A DNA stretch of 64,000 nucleotides from an uncultured Verrucomicrobiota bacterium (GCA_903896505.1 CAITXU010000074.1:1301-65300); one strand, 5' to 3'. Shown: positions 35,527 to 45,589, numbered from the stretch's first letter. Notes: a model not told the origin generated them from the letters alone. Translations and numbers: made by a program.

Positions 35527-37332
35527 TTGATCATGTCTGATCCTGTTTCCATTCCTGCGCCTTCCGCCCCCTCCGACTTCATCCGGGACATCGTCCGGGA
35601 CGATCTGGCATCGGGTCGACATCAGCGAGTCGTCACCCGCTTTCCTCCCGAGCCCAATGGCTATTTGCATATCGGGCATGCCAAGTCGATCTGTCTGAAC
35701 TTCGGTATCGCCTTGGAGAATCAGGGCGTGTGCCACCTTCGAATGGATGACACGAACCCGACCAAGGAGGATGTCGAGTATGTTGACTCGATCATTGCCG
35801 ACGTTCGTTGGCTGATTGAAGGATGGGCTGATGGCATTTTGGGTTTGAAGCCCAAGGGAATGGGACCCGAGGCCGCGCCCGACGAGGTTGATTTTCGACT
35901 TTCGGCGACGGCAACCCATTTGGGGCAGCCGATGGAGCCATTTTACGCATCCGATTATTTCGATGCACTCTATGGGTTTGCCCGGCAACTCATTCGCTTG
36001 GGGCGCGCCTACGTCTGCGACCTGACGCCGGAAGAGACCGAGCAATATCGAGGTTCGCCGGATCGACCCGGTCGAAACAGCCCGTATCGGAACCGCACGG
36101 TTGAGGAGAACCTGGCCTTGTTTGAGAAGATGAAGGAGGGTCGGTTTCCGGATTCCGCCTGCACCTTGCGGGCGAGAATCGACATGGAGTCGCCCAATAT
36201 TTGGATGCGGGACCCGGTGATTTATCGAATCCGTCATGCGGACCATCATCATACCGGCAATCGGTGGTGCATCTATCCGATGTATGATTTTGCTCACTGC
36301 CTGAGCGACTACATTGAAGGGATTACCCATTCCATTTGCACCCTTGAATTTGAGGTGCACCGTCCCTTGTACGACTGGATATTGGAGAGCCTCCAACTTC
36401 CACGTTCGCTTCCACACCAGTTCGAATTTGCGCGGCTCAATCTTGGTTACACGGTGATGAGCAAGCGGAAACTCCTTCAGTTGGTGCAGGGAGGGTTGGT
36501 TTCCGGTTGGGATGATCCCCGACTCCCAACGATCTCCGGACTGCGTCGGCGTGGAGTGCCGGCGTCCGCTCTCCGAGCCTTCGCTCACGAAATAGGTGTC
36601 ACCAAATACAACGGTTTGACGGATTTGTCGGTTTTTGAATTCGCCGTCCGCCGTGAGCTCAACAGGGTTGCGGTTCGACGGATGGGGGTGCTTCGTCCGC
36701 TACGGCTGGTTCTGACCAACATCGCGGAAGGGGAGGTCCATTGGTTTGACGCCGTCAACAACCCCGAGGACCCATCTGCCGGGACCCGCAAGATTCCATT
36801 TTCCCGACATATTTTCATTGAACAGGAGGACTTCCAGGAAAACCCACCGCCCAAGTATTTCCGGCTGCGCCCCGGAGGTGACGTCCGGCTCAAGTACGCC
36901 TGCATTATTCGATGCGATGAAGTGATCAAGAATGATGTTGGAGAAGTCGTTGAAATACGTTGTACGGCGGATTTGGAAAGTCATTCGGGTGGGGCAAATG
37001 CTGCCAGGAAAGTCAAAGGAACGATTCATTGGGTCAGTGCCGGGCATAGCATTGCGGCGACCGTGCGGTTATACGACCGGTTGTTTACTGTTGCCGAGCC
37101 GGACAAAGAGGAAGGGGATTTCCGGCAGTACCTGAACCCGGAATCGTTGCAGGAGTTGGAGGCTCAGTTGGAGCCCAGTCTGGCAGAAGCGGTCGGTGAG
37201 ACCCGATTTCAGTTGGAGCGGATAGGCTATTTTGTTCGCGACTCGCGTGAAACGGACTCGAACCGCCCGGTGTTCAATCGCACGATCACCTTGAAAGACG
37301 GATGGGCCAAGGAATCGGCCCGTCCAGGCTGA
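35527..37332 (+). CDS. glnS: glutaminyl-tRNA synthetase
   Basis: Motifs SDFIRDIV, TRFPPEPNGYLHIGHAKS (HIGH), VMSKRKL (KMSKS), and a C-terminal anticodon-binding beta-barrel region. Confidence 0.93.
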   Translation: MIMSDPVSIPAPSAPSDFIRDIVRDDLASGRHQRVVTRFPPEPNGYLHIGHAKSICLNFGIALENQGVCHLRMDDTNPTKEDVEYVDSIIADVRWLIEGWADGILGLKPKGMGPEAAPDEVDFRLSATATHLGQPMEPFYASDYFDALYGFARQLIRLGRAYVCDLTPEETEQYRGSPDRPGRNSPYRNRTVEENLALFEKMKEGRFPDSACTLRARIDMESPNIWMRDPVIYRIRHADHHHTGNRWCIYPMYDFAHCLSDYIEGITHSICTLEFEVHRPLYDWILESLQLPRSLPHQFEFARLNLGYTVMSKRKLLQLVQGGLVSGWDDPRLPTISGLRRRGVPASALRAFAHEIGVTKYNGLTDLSVFEFAVRRELNRVAVRRMGVLRPLRLVLTNIAEGEVHWFDAVNNPEDPSAGTRKIPFSRHIFIEQEDFQENPPPKYFRLRPGGDVRLKYACIIRCDEVIKNDVGEVVEIRCTADLESHSGGANAARKVKGTIHWVSAGHSIAATVRLYDRLFTVAEPDKEEGDFRQYLNPESLQELEAQLEPSLAEAVGETRFQLERIGYFVRDSRETDSNRPVFNRTITLKDGWAKESARPG

Positions 37333-37395
37333 GTAGAACAGGTGCGAACAGGCGAAGGGGATGGCGCTCAAAGACGGCGAGCGCCGGTGGGCTGC

Positions 37396-40300
37396 CTACG
37401 GTTCGACCGTAATCCCCACAACAAACAGGGAGGGGACTTCGTGTGCCGATTCGAGATCGATCGTTTCTATTCGCAAATTTGGCAATGGATTCGTCCAGGA
37501 ATACAGATTCACGCGAATCCCTTTATCATTTTCCTCGGAACTCTTGTTAAAGCCGCGCCAAGCGACCGTCGCCCGTAGGGTGTCGTTCGTCTTCCACGGA
37601 TTCTCCCACCAATCGGAAAGGTCGACGTCGGTTCGAATAGGGACCGAAGCCGTCTGTCCGTTCTGATAATGAACATTGAGATAGGCCACCGGGGTCAATC
37701 GGGGGATGGCCGAAAGGGCGTTGTTCAGGTTTCCCAGGAAATGCATCCGATGACAGGTTTGATGGATGGGAATTCCGCTGGCGACATTTTCAAGACGTGG
37801 CCCGCTGGGATCAGTGTCCCGACACGACAGTTGTATTGTATGGCGGGTATCAAAGAGAATTCCTTTGAAGATGGCCAATGTTGTTGGGAACCCTGTCAGT
37901 TGTTGGGAGATACGATTCGTTGGATGGCCTGCGAGCAATATCTGGTAATTTGAGATGTTTGCCGGTTCTTCAGTCTGGTTGGAATTCGTTGGGATGTTTC
38001 GAAAAATCGACTGCCAGGGAACCGAGTGTAGGGGACCCTCCGACGGAAATTCCTCGGAATTAACATGGACCCGCGGTGGCCACCGGCGAAGATGCAATTC
38101 GCCGAGGTAATCGCCGATTTCGTCCATGTCCCAGATGCGGACCATGCCACCGGAGGTGCCGGCGGCAAGGTAGCGGCTGTCAGCGCTGAAGGCCAATTCC
38201 GTGGGGTAAAATGCCGCTTGATCCCGGAGTTCCAGAATATTGGTCCAACCTTGGGCTGAGATGAGACTGATGCCCCCGCGGTCGGCACCTACAGCCAGGA
38301 AGACGCCGTTGGGACTGAACGTGGCCGGGGCCATTTCGTCGGATTTATGGGGCACGAAATGAGTCTTGTCCCTTTTCGTCAGTGGGCGGATGTCAAACCC
38401 GCTCCGGGTGGAGACCGCCAGCCATTTTTCATCGGGACTGAAGTCCACCCGGGATCCGGTAATTGGAAACCGGTTTATCTGGTTGGTGACGGATAAATTG
38501 CTTAAATCCCAAAGATCGATTTTTTCCTCATGATACTTGGTAGTGGCCATGAATCGACCCGATGGGCTGAGTCCAACCCGGTAGACTCCTCGAATTGGAA
38601 GTTCTTTAAGGACCTGCTGGGTGGTCAGATTGATGACAAGAATTCCGCCGCCCGCATCTGGAAGACAATAGCGGCCATTGGTGCTGGCTGAACCGTAGCC
38701 GAACCATCGGTTCTCGCTTGAAGGCAGCGTGGCGCGGACCACGGACTTTCCCGAGTGAGAACCCGGACGAAACCAGGTCAATTCCCTGCGGCTGGCGACG
38801 AACAATTCCTCTTGATCGGGGGTGAAGGCTGCGCCGACGGTGCCAAACATCGGTTGGAACACCGGAGGCCCGCCGGATTTGGATGTCAGTTGATGGATTC
38901 CTGCCTGCCTGGCAGCGAGCAGGGCATTGCCTTGCGGGCGGAACGCAAGACTTCGCACGCGATCGCTTCCGTCATCCCGGAGATCGACATCCACCAACCC
39001 TCTCGCTGGCAGCGCTGGGCTGACGAACCACTCGCGGTCGTTCTGAGTTTTTCCATTTTTTTGATAAGCAACCGCCATTCCATCATCGCGGAGTTGTGTG
39101 ATTCGGCTGTCCAGAGATCGAAGGTTCAGGGAAGCGTCGGTCACATTCCATAGAATGCTTTCCTGATCGTCGGAATGCGAGAGAAGCCATTGCCCGTCCT
39201 GCGATACTTCCATCCGTCCGACTCCCCGTTGATGGCCGACAAGTCGGCGATGCATTCCCGAGCGAAGATTCCAATATTCAATTTCGCCATTTTCAAAACC
39301 GACGAAGAACTCGTCACCAGCCCAGGCAAGACAAAGCGGAGTCGCAGAGTAGGAAAGCTGTTTCATCAAGGTTGCGGTTTTCCAATTCCAAAAAGTGGCA
39401 CCATTCGCCCCCAATCCGGCAACAATGTCGCTCTCAGGGTCTGGATCAAATGCGATGTGATTGGGGCGGAACGAGGGAAGCTGCTTCGATTTGATCGTCT
39501 TCCCCGATTCAATATCAAAGAAACGATGTTGCCGATTATAGCCCGCCGCCAGTGCGATTCGACTGTCACTTGAGAAGGTCACCACTCCCACGTCGCGAGC
39601 GGTGAACAGCACAACGGACCGTTCCAAGTCCACAATTTCCGCCAATTCATTGTCGTATACGATGGCAACTACGCGTTCGTTGGGTGCGAAATAGACCTGA
39701 TCGATCTCCGACGGGAGGGTTTTCTGCCAGACAGGTGCTCCGGTTGAACGTGTTGTCTCATAAATGCCATTTGTCCTGCCATTCGAGACGCGGGCAAAAA
39801 AGCGAAAGTGGGGCGAGAATAGGATCTCCTCTCCTCCTGCGGAATGGATTCGGGCCGTCGGGTTTGTACTGAAGTCGTGGGTGAATAATTCTTCGACGGC
39901 AGAGTTCACCGTCGAGTCGGTCTGGCTTACCGCCGTCCGAAGGACCGCAAGTCGCCCTTCTTTATGCAGAAAAATATGCGAATGACGGTCGGAATTGGAG
40001 AGTTCGAATTTGGCATTGCGGTTTGAATCTTCCAACCGAACAGCATTGATGGAAAGTTTGGCCGTCAGGTACGAGAGGACCAGGCTTGTGGTCAACAGGA
40101 GAAGGACAACGCTGGCGGCAAGTGAAGCCACCACGGGATTGCGGTGGGTCCATTTCCAGAACCGTTCCACCTGGGAGGCGGGTCTGGCGTGAATGGGATG
40201 ACCATCGAGGAAGCGTTTGAGATCCTCGGCGAGTGCCAGGGCCGATGAATATCGTTCGTTGGGATACTTTCGAAGGCACTTGAGGCAGATGGTTTCCAGG

Positions 40301-41226
40301 TCGGGCTCAACCGGTCGTGCGGAAGTCCGCAGGGGAGCTGGTTCCTGTTCGCGTGCCTGTGCCACGGTATCCAGGGGAGTGGCACCCACGAAAGGGGGGC
40401 GATGGGTGATCAGTTCGTAAAGAATCACGCCCAAGGAGTAAATATCAGTTGCCTCCCGTACCCGCGAGGGGGACTCCGCCTGTTCCGGCGACATGTATTC
40501 GGGAGTGCCCACCAGCCCACCGGTGAGGGTCATTCCGGTATGGGTCTTGAGACGTCGGGCCAACCCAAAATCGCTGACATATGGATTCCCTTCATGGTCC
40601 ATCAGGATATTTTTGGGTTTTAAATCTCGGTGGAGAATTCCCCGTTGATGGGCATGATGAATTGCACCTGCAATGGTCACCATCAGCCGAGCGATGCGTA
40701 TCTGTTGCTCGCGCGACGATTCGCCTGGACGAGGGTCGCCCGGACGGAATCGTGGCCCATTCAAGGGGTCCGCAAGGCTCTTCCCCCGGATAAGCTGCAT
40801 GCTGAAGAAATGGACCGAACCGATCTGGCTGACTTCGAAAATGGCGACGATGTGGGGGTGTGAAAGCATGGCCGCAGCTTCGGCCTCAGCGCGAAAGCGG
40901 ACAATTTCGTCATCGGTTGGGCGTCGGCCCCGGGGCAAGACTTTGAGAGCAACCTCTCGGGCCAATCCGTGCTGATAGGCCCGATAGACGATTCCCATGC
41001 CGCCGCGGTCCAGTTCCTCCAGAATCTCATAATCGCCCAATCGACTGCCAGGAACCAATTCTCCCAAAGCCGCATCTTCAGACGCGCGTGTTGGGCTGGC
41101 TCCCTCCCTGGAAAGGGGTTGGAAGTTCGCGATCAAACAGGTGGGACAGAGACCCTTCAATAATGATTTATGGCGGATGCCTCCACACGTCGGGCACTGT
41201 TCCCCATGATGAATTCCCTTAGCCAT
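37396..41226 (-). CDS. zinc-ribbon / Hanks Ser-Thr kinase / TM / WD40 beta-propeller protein with an unassigned 232-aa C-terminal domain
   Basis: The ATG at 41226 (MAKGIHHGEQCPTCGG...CPTC) lies 2 nt after the upstream stop; the track start at 41262 overlaps the upstream gene. Kinase motifs VALKVL, HRDLKPKNILM, DFGLAR, GTPEYMSPEQ. TM segment VVASLAASVVLLLLTTSLVL. Multiple WD-like repeats (for example GGMVRIWD). Confidence 0.85.
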   Translation of the reverse strand: MAKGIHHGEQCPTCGGIRHKSLLKGLCPTCLIANFQPLSREGASPTRASEDAALGELVPGSRLGDYEILEELDRGGMGIVYRAYQHGLAREVALKVLPRGRRPTDDEIVRFRAEAEAAAMLSHPHIVAIFEVSQIGSVHFFSMQLIRGKSLADPLNGPRFRPGDPRPGESSREQQIRIARLMVTIAGAIHHAHQRGILHRDLKPKNILMDHEGNPYVSDFGLARRLKTHTGMTLTGGLVGTPEYMSPEQAESPSRVREATDIYSLGVILYELITHRPPFVGATPLDTVAQAREQEPAPLRTSARPVEPDLETICLKCLRKYPNERYSSALALAEDLKRFLDGHPIHARPASQVERFWKWTHRNPVVASLAASVVLLLLTTSLVLSYLTAKLSINAVRLEDSNRNAKFELSNSDRHSHIFLHKEGRLAVLRTAVSQTDSTVNSAVEELFTHDFSTNPTARIHSAGGEEILFSPHFRFFARVSNGRTNGIYETTRSTGAPVWQKTLPSEIDQVYFAPNERVVAIVYDNELAEIVDLERSVVLFTARDVGVVTFSSDSRIALAAGYNRQHRFFDIESGKTIKSKQLPSFRPNHIAFDPDPESDIVAGLGANGATFWNWKTATLMKQLSYSATPLCLAWAGDEFFVGFENGEIEYWNLRSGMHRRLVGHQRGVGRMEVSQDGQWLLSHSDDQESILWNVTDASLNLRSLDSRITQLRDDGMAVAYQKNGKTQNDREWFVSPALPARGLVDVDLRDDGSDRVRSLAFRPQGNALLAARQAGIHQLTSKSGGPPVFQPMFGTVGAAFTPDQEELFVASRRELTWFRPGSHSGKSVVRATLPSSENRWFGYGSASTNGRYCLPDAGGGILVINLTTQQVLKELPIRGVYRVGLSPSGRFMATTKYHEEKIDLWDLSNLSVTNQINRFPITGSRVDFSPDEKWLAVSTRSGFDIRPLTKRDKTHFVPHKSDEMAPATFSPNGVFLAVGADRGGISLISAQGWTNILELRDQAAFYPTELAFSADSRYLAAGTSGGMVRIWDMDEIGDYLGELHLRRWPPRVHVNSEEFPSEGPLHSVPWQSIFRNIPTNSNQTEEPANISNYQILLAGHPTNRISQQLTGFPTTLAIFKGILFDTRHTIQLSCRDTDPSGPRLENVASGIPIHQTCHRMHFLGNLNNALSAIPRLTPVAYLNVHYQNGQTASVPIRTDVDLSDWWENPWKTNDTLRATVAWRGFNKSSEENDKGIRVNLYSWTNPLPNLRIETIDLESAHEVPSLFVVGITVEP

Positions 41227-41881
41227 AGAGTGCCTTCCACTCGCTCTGAAAATTGTTGTCATCGGTCAGCGTCATCCGAATCTTCTTGAATAGCAGATCA
41301 CGGAATCGGGTGCGTGCGGCAACGAGGGCTTGAAATGTCCCATCTCGATCAGAAAGTTCCCCCGCCGGATTTCGGTCGAGATGCAGGCGAATTCGCTGAA
41401 AAGTTTCCATGGAATGCAGTGCCTCTGCCTCTACTTCCAATTCCTCCAGAGCGCATTCGAGCAAGGAGATGCCACATCGATGGCTGAATCGTTCCAGAGG
41501 CGTTTGTCCTCGAATACTCCACAGCATCCGGCTTTCGGCCTGGGCAGGTACATTCGAGGTGGATTCAAAGATAAATCCGCCAAACGAACGTGAATGGGTC
41601 GGATTGGGTTGCAATTGATCCAGAACTGCAGCAAACAACGCCAGCCTCAGACGTCCGCTCGTTCCAGCATGACCTTCTTCGCGTCTCCAGGAAAAATTCC
41701 GCAGGACGGAGATGGCGAATTCTCTTGCTACCCGGGTGTTCAGACCGCTTTCGCGAAGACATCCGTGCACCGGCCACCAAAAACACAACGCAAGTTCTTC
41801 GCCCGACGTTCCTGCTGAAGATGACCGGGATTCCGTGCGCTTGGGATGCGACGAAGACATCCGGGTAGCCTGACCGGCCAC
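41219..41881 (-). CDS. hypothetical protein (about 213-220 aa), possibly a very divergent sigma-like or adaptor protein
   Basis: The ORF fills the gap between the sigma gene (stop at 41892) and the kinase gene. Starts at GTG 41881 or ATG 41860. Helical-looking. No motif I can assign. Confidence 0.5.
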   Translation of the reverse strand: MAGQATRMSSSHPKRTESRSSSAGTSGEELALCFWWPVHGCLRESGLNTRVAREFAISVLRNFSWRREEGHAGTSGRLRLALFAAVLDQLQPNPTHSRSFGGFIFESTSNVPAQAESRMLWSIRGQTPLERFSHRCGISLLECALEELEVEAEALHSMETFQRIRLHLDRNPAGELSDRDGTFQALVAARTRFRDLLFKKIRMTLTDDNNFQSEWKALYG

Positions 41882-41891
41882 CCTGGATTTG

Positions 41892-43034
41892 TCACGCGCT
41901 TCGTAAACCCTCGTGGTATTCGGCCAAATCGGGGTCTAGTTGGGCCTCCCGTCGTTCCACCAGGCGGCGCATTTTTTTCAGGGCCTGATGCTCAATCTGC
42001 CGGATGCGCTCCCGGGTCAGGCGGACCTCGCGACCGAGGTCTTCCAGCGTGCGCTCATTGCGCCCATTCAATCCAAATCGTTCGTTCAATATCCACAGTT
42101 CACGCTCTCCCAGTTGACCCAAAAGATCCCGGATCATGTCATGGCGGCTCCCTCGCTCCATTTCCTGAAATGCCGTCTGTGCCTGTTCGTCCGGTACCAC
42201 ATCCGCCAATTGGTTGTCCTCGTCATCTCCCAATGGTGCATCCAGCGAGGTCGTGCGTTGGCTGGCATCCCATAGTTCAGAAACCCGTCGGCGGGTCAGA
42301 CCCAACAATTCAGCCAGTTCCGAGTCTGAAGGGTCCCTTCCCACTTCCTCATGGAATTTCATCGACGCCCGCCGCATCCGTGCCACCAAATCGACGAGAT
42401 GGACCGGTAGGCGGATGGTTTTACCCTGGTTGGCCAATCCCCGCCGAATGGACTGTTTGATCCACCAGGCGGCGTAGGTCGATAGCTTCGCTCCTTTGCT
42501 GGGATCAAAGCGATCCACTGCCCGCATCAATCCCATATTGCCTTCGTTGATCATGTCCAGCAGGGGCAAGCCCATGCCCATGAAGTCCTTGGCAATTTTG
42601 ACCACCAGACGGAGATTCGCCGTGATCATCTGTTCCCTCGCTTCGTCATCTCCCCGCTGAATCCGGCCTGCCAGTCTGGCTTCGTCCTCGGGCGTCAAGA
42701 GAGGGGTCTCGCTGATTTCCTGGAGGTAGATTCGGAGGGTGGGATCGTCGTCACCGAAACTGCTCCGCCGGGAAATGACTTTCGGGGGTTCGGCAGGATG
42801 TCCGATCCCATCGTCGACGGTGCATTCCAGAGTTTTTCCGGATCCACCCTCTGTCAGCCGGGAAGGAGCCAAGGGGGTGGAGCTCGTTTCCGAAACAGGA
42901 CTACCAACGGTGGCTGACGAAACTCCTGCGCGTCTGTATTCGGTCGGGAACGAGGACTTCATCCTCCGACCCAGGCGAGTGGTCCTGCGGCTTTTTTCGG
43001 AATTCCAAGCGGTATCGTTCGCAAGTGTTGTCAT
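41892..43034 (-). CDS. sigma-70 family factor with regions 1.2-4 (RpoD/SigA-like, short N-terminus)
   Basis: Motifs LRIYLQEISETPLLTPEDE (1.2), ANLRLVVKIAKDF, EGNMGLMRAVDRFD, STYAAWWIKQSIRR (2), TIRLPVH (3), LTRERIRQIEHQALKKMR (4.2). Confidence 0.85.
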   Translation of the reverse strand: MTTLANDTAWNSEKSRRTTRLGRRMKSSFPTEYRRAGVSSATVGSPVSETSSTPLAPSRLTEGGSGKTLECTVDDGIGHPAEPPKVISRRSSFGDDDPTLRIYLQEISETPLLTPEDEARLAGRIQRGDDEAREQMITANLRLVVKIAKDFMGMGLPLLDMINEGNMGLMRAVDRFDPSKGAKLSTYAAWWIKQSIRRGLANQGKTIRLPVHLVDLVARMRRASMKFHEEVGRDPSDSELAELLGLTRRRVSELWDASQRTTSLDAPLGDDEDNQLADVVPDEQAQTAFQEMERGSRHDMIRDLLGQLGERELWILNERFGLNGRNERTLEDLGREVRLTRERIRQIEHQALKKMRRLVERREAQLDPDLAEYHEGLRSA

Positions 43035-43136
43035 AGGGCTTGCTGGTCTGACTATGGCTTAGCAAGTCCGCGGCCAATTCTGATGACCGGCGAATCCCTC
43101 GGATGAATTCCTCCATTGGAGATGGGGGGGACGACA

Positions 43137-44186
43137 CTAAAGTAGAATGATCAACGAATCGGGATGGATCCCCAGAAGAATTCGACTGCCGATCGGGGGA
43201 GGCGTGCCTGCATCCTGGACCGATACTTTAACCGGGGTTCCATCCTCTGCAGCACATCGATATTCCTCCCGGTCCCCCAGATAATTGATTCCTTGGAGGA
43301 TGACTGGAATTCGGTTGGGATGGATTCCTGTTAATCGAGCCGCTTCGGGTCGGAATCCCACCCAAATCTCCTTTCCGGTCTGCATTGGCTCGGGTGACGA
43401 TGCTGTCAGTTCTCCTACCGAGGTACTCACCCGGACTTGGCCGCGTTCGGACCCTGAGACCCGCCCGGCCCACCAGTTCATTTCGCCGACGAAATCCGCG
43501 ACAAAACGGCTGGCCGGTCGTCGATAAATTGTCCGTGGATCGGCCACTTGTTCAATCCGTCCCTCATGGAGGACAGCAACACGGTCTGCCAGCGATAACG
43601 CTTCCGAGTGATCGTGGGTCACGTAAACGGTGGTGATTCCAGTCTTTCGCTGAAGTTCGCGGATATCCTCCCTCAGTTCGATTCGTAGACGCGCGTCGAG
43701 ATTGGACAGAGGCTCGTCGAACAGGAGCAATTTGGGCTTGATCACGATGGCCCGGGCCAGGGCCACACGCTGTTGCTGACCTCCGGAAAGCTCGTTGGGA
43801 AAGCGGTGTCCAAATTCATCCATTTGGACCTTGGTCAGCGCTTCCATCACCCGGCGGTCGCGCTCGTATTTGTCCGTTTTTCGGGTGTCCAACCCGTATC
43901 CAACATTTTGAAGGACGTTGAGGTGGGGCCAAAGCGCGTAATTCTGGAAGACCATCCCGATGTTTCGTTGATGGGCTTCCACCCCGCTCACCTCCTCGTC
44001 GTCGAAGTAGATTTCACCTTGGTCAGGGGCATGAAAACCAGCCAGAAGGCGCAGCAGGGTGGTCTTGCCGCAACCGCTGGGACCCAGCAGGAAGAAGAAT
44101 TCGCGGTCATTGATCTCGAGGGAAATGTCCTTCAGGACCGGACCGTCACCGAAATCCTTGGAGAGGTTTTGCAGGCTTATTTTCAT
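43137..44186 (-). CDS. ABC transporter ATP-binding protein (PotA/FbpC/MalK-type importer ATPase with C-terminal regulatory/TOBE-like domain)
   Basis: Walker A GPSGCGKTT, Q-loop, signature LSGGQQQRVALAR, Walker B LLLFDEPLS, H-loop VTHD. Confidence 0.9.
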   Translation of the reverse strand: MKISLQNLSKDFGDGPVLKDISLEINDREFFFLLGPSGCGKTTLLRLLAGFHAPDQGEIYFDDEEVSGVEAHQRNIGMVFQNYALWPHLNVLQNVGYGLDTRKTDKYERDRRVMEALTKVQMDEFGHRFPNELSGGQQQRVALARAIVIKPKLLLFDEPLSNLDARLRIELREDIRELQRKTGITTVYVTHDHSEALSLADRVAVLHEGRIEQVADPRTIYRRPASRFVADFVGEMNWWAGRVSGSERGQVRVSTSVGELTASSPEPMQTGKEIWVGFRPEAARLTGIHPNRIPVILQGINYLGDREEYRCAAEDGTPVKVSVQDAGTPPPIGSRILLGIHPDSLIILL

Positions 44187-44213
44187 CGAAATTGAGCTTG
44201 GAGCCGCGGGAGA

Positions 44214-45554
44214 CTAAGGGCGGTGAGCAAGGCGGTGGTATTTCTCGGAGGCCCATCGCTGCCATTGTTGTTTCAGCCTTTGTCGTTCGGAAGCATCTTT
44301 CCATGGACCAGATGCCAGTTGGACAGCTTCATCCGAAGTCAGAGGGACCTTTCCCAACTCCGCCAGATCCGAAGCTGTGCTTCCGCGTTCAATGATGGCT
44401 TTCCAGGCCTTGACCAATTCCCGGTGATTGTCCACCAAGAGTGCCCCGTGGAGCGAGCGAACGATGTCCTGGCGGGAGCGGGCCAAATTGGCATCGAAAT
44501 GGAATGTTTGCTTGAGGTCGAAGGGATTGACCCGAATCGCACTTTCTCCGGCATATTTCCGATAGATTTCCGGCCTGACCGGCAGGCGGTTGAGTGAATG
44601 AAATCGGGGTCCTTCCGGATGCCCCTTGGGAAGGTACCAAAGTCGTTGCCCCGCGTCGCTCAAAACGAAAGTGATGAACCGGCTGGTAATCACTGGATGC
44701 GGTCCGCCGCGCAGCTGGGCGATCCCATCAATACTGGTGGATGTGAAATCAGTTGGGAGAGTCAACTCCAGGTTGGTGGCCCCAACGGCATCGATTTGGG
44801 TGAATCCAAAGTAATCCACGCAAAAGGCAAAAGCGGTTTGCCCGGCAACGCATTCCTTGGCGGTCGTGGTGCTGAATCGGTCAAACTGTCGGGTGTTTCC
44901 AGCGACGTCCGTCAGCAATTGCCATCCACGTTCCCATCCGTAGGCCTGCAGAAACGATTCATACATATTGTTCATCGTCCCGCTGTTCCTGGCGTCAGCG
45001 GCACCGACCCAACCCAACACCTCGGGTTGTGCCAGTTGGTCCCATCGCTCGATATGGGGAAGCTGGGCCAGTTCGCGGGCCCTTTGATTCTGCAAAATAC
45101 CGAAGCTGGCGAGACAGGCACCAAACCAAAGATGCCCGGGATCGAGCAATTCGACTCCGGCGGCCTGCGAGGGGATTCCCTTCAAAACGTCAGCGTCAAT
45201 ATCCGGAGAAGCCAGCATGCCGCCCTTGGCCAGAGACAGACAGGGGTCCGGTCCACCTCCGAAAAAAAGGTCAATCCCGATTCCTTCTCCAGCACTCTTT
45301 CCCTTGAACTCCGATTCGACAAAGCGTTGGGCTTCGCTGGCACCGCCGACGTCGCGCCACTCGATGGATGCATCAGCACCGAATTTCTCCTGATGCCAGC
45401 GTTGAAATGCCGAGCCAAATTCTTCGCGAATCTCCGCCGGGTGAGGACTGATGGTGATGACGACATTCTGGCCGCAGGCCGAAACCGCGAACCAGATGGC
45501 AGCCACGCAGCCGAGCAGGGGACGGTAATTCGGGAATCTGGCGATGGACGCCAT
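44214..45554 (-). CDS. ABC-type extracellular solute-binding protein (family 1 / iron(III)-polyamine-like)
   Basis: ATG at 45554: MASIARFPNYRPLLGCVAAIWFAVSAC (signal/lipobox), followed by a bilobed SBP-like sequence. The 580-aa track ORF includes a spurious 5' extension into the upstream gene. Confidence 0.7.
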   Translation of the reverse strand: MASIARFPNYRPLLGCVAAIWFAVSACGQNVVITISPHPAEIREEFGSAFQRWHQEKFGADASIEWRDVGGASEAQRFVESEFKGKSAGEGIGIDLFFGGGPDPCLSLAKGGMLASPDIDADVLKGIPSQAAGVELLDPGHLWFGACLASFGILQNQRARELAQLPHIERWDQLAQPEVLGWVGAADARNSGTMNNMYESFLQAYGWERGWQLLTDVAGNTRQFDRFSTTTAKECVAGQTAFAFCVDYFGFTQIDAVGATNLELTLPTDFTSTSIDGIAQLRGGPHPVITSRFITFVLSDAGQRLWYLPKGHPEGPRFHSLNRLPVRPEIYRKYAGESAIRVNPFDLKQTFHFDANLARSRQDIVRSLHGALLVDNHRELVKAWKAIIERGSTASDLAELGKVPLTSDEAVQLASGPWKDASERQRLKQQWQRWASEKYHRLAHRP

Positions 45555-45589
45555 GGCGCGTCCACTCCCAACGATAGAGCGGACCACGG

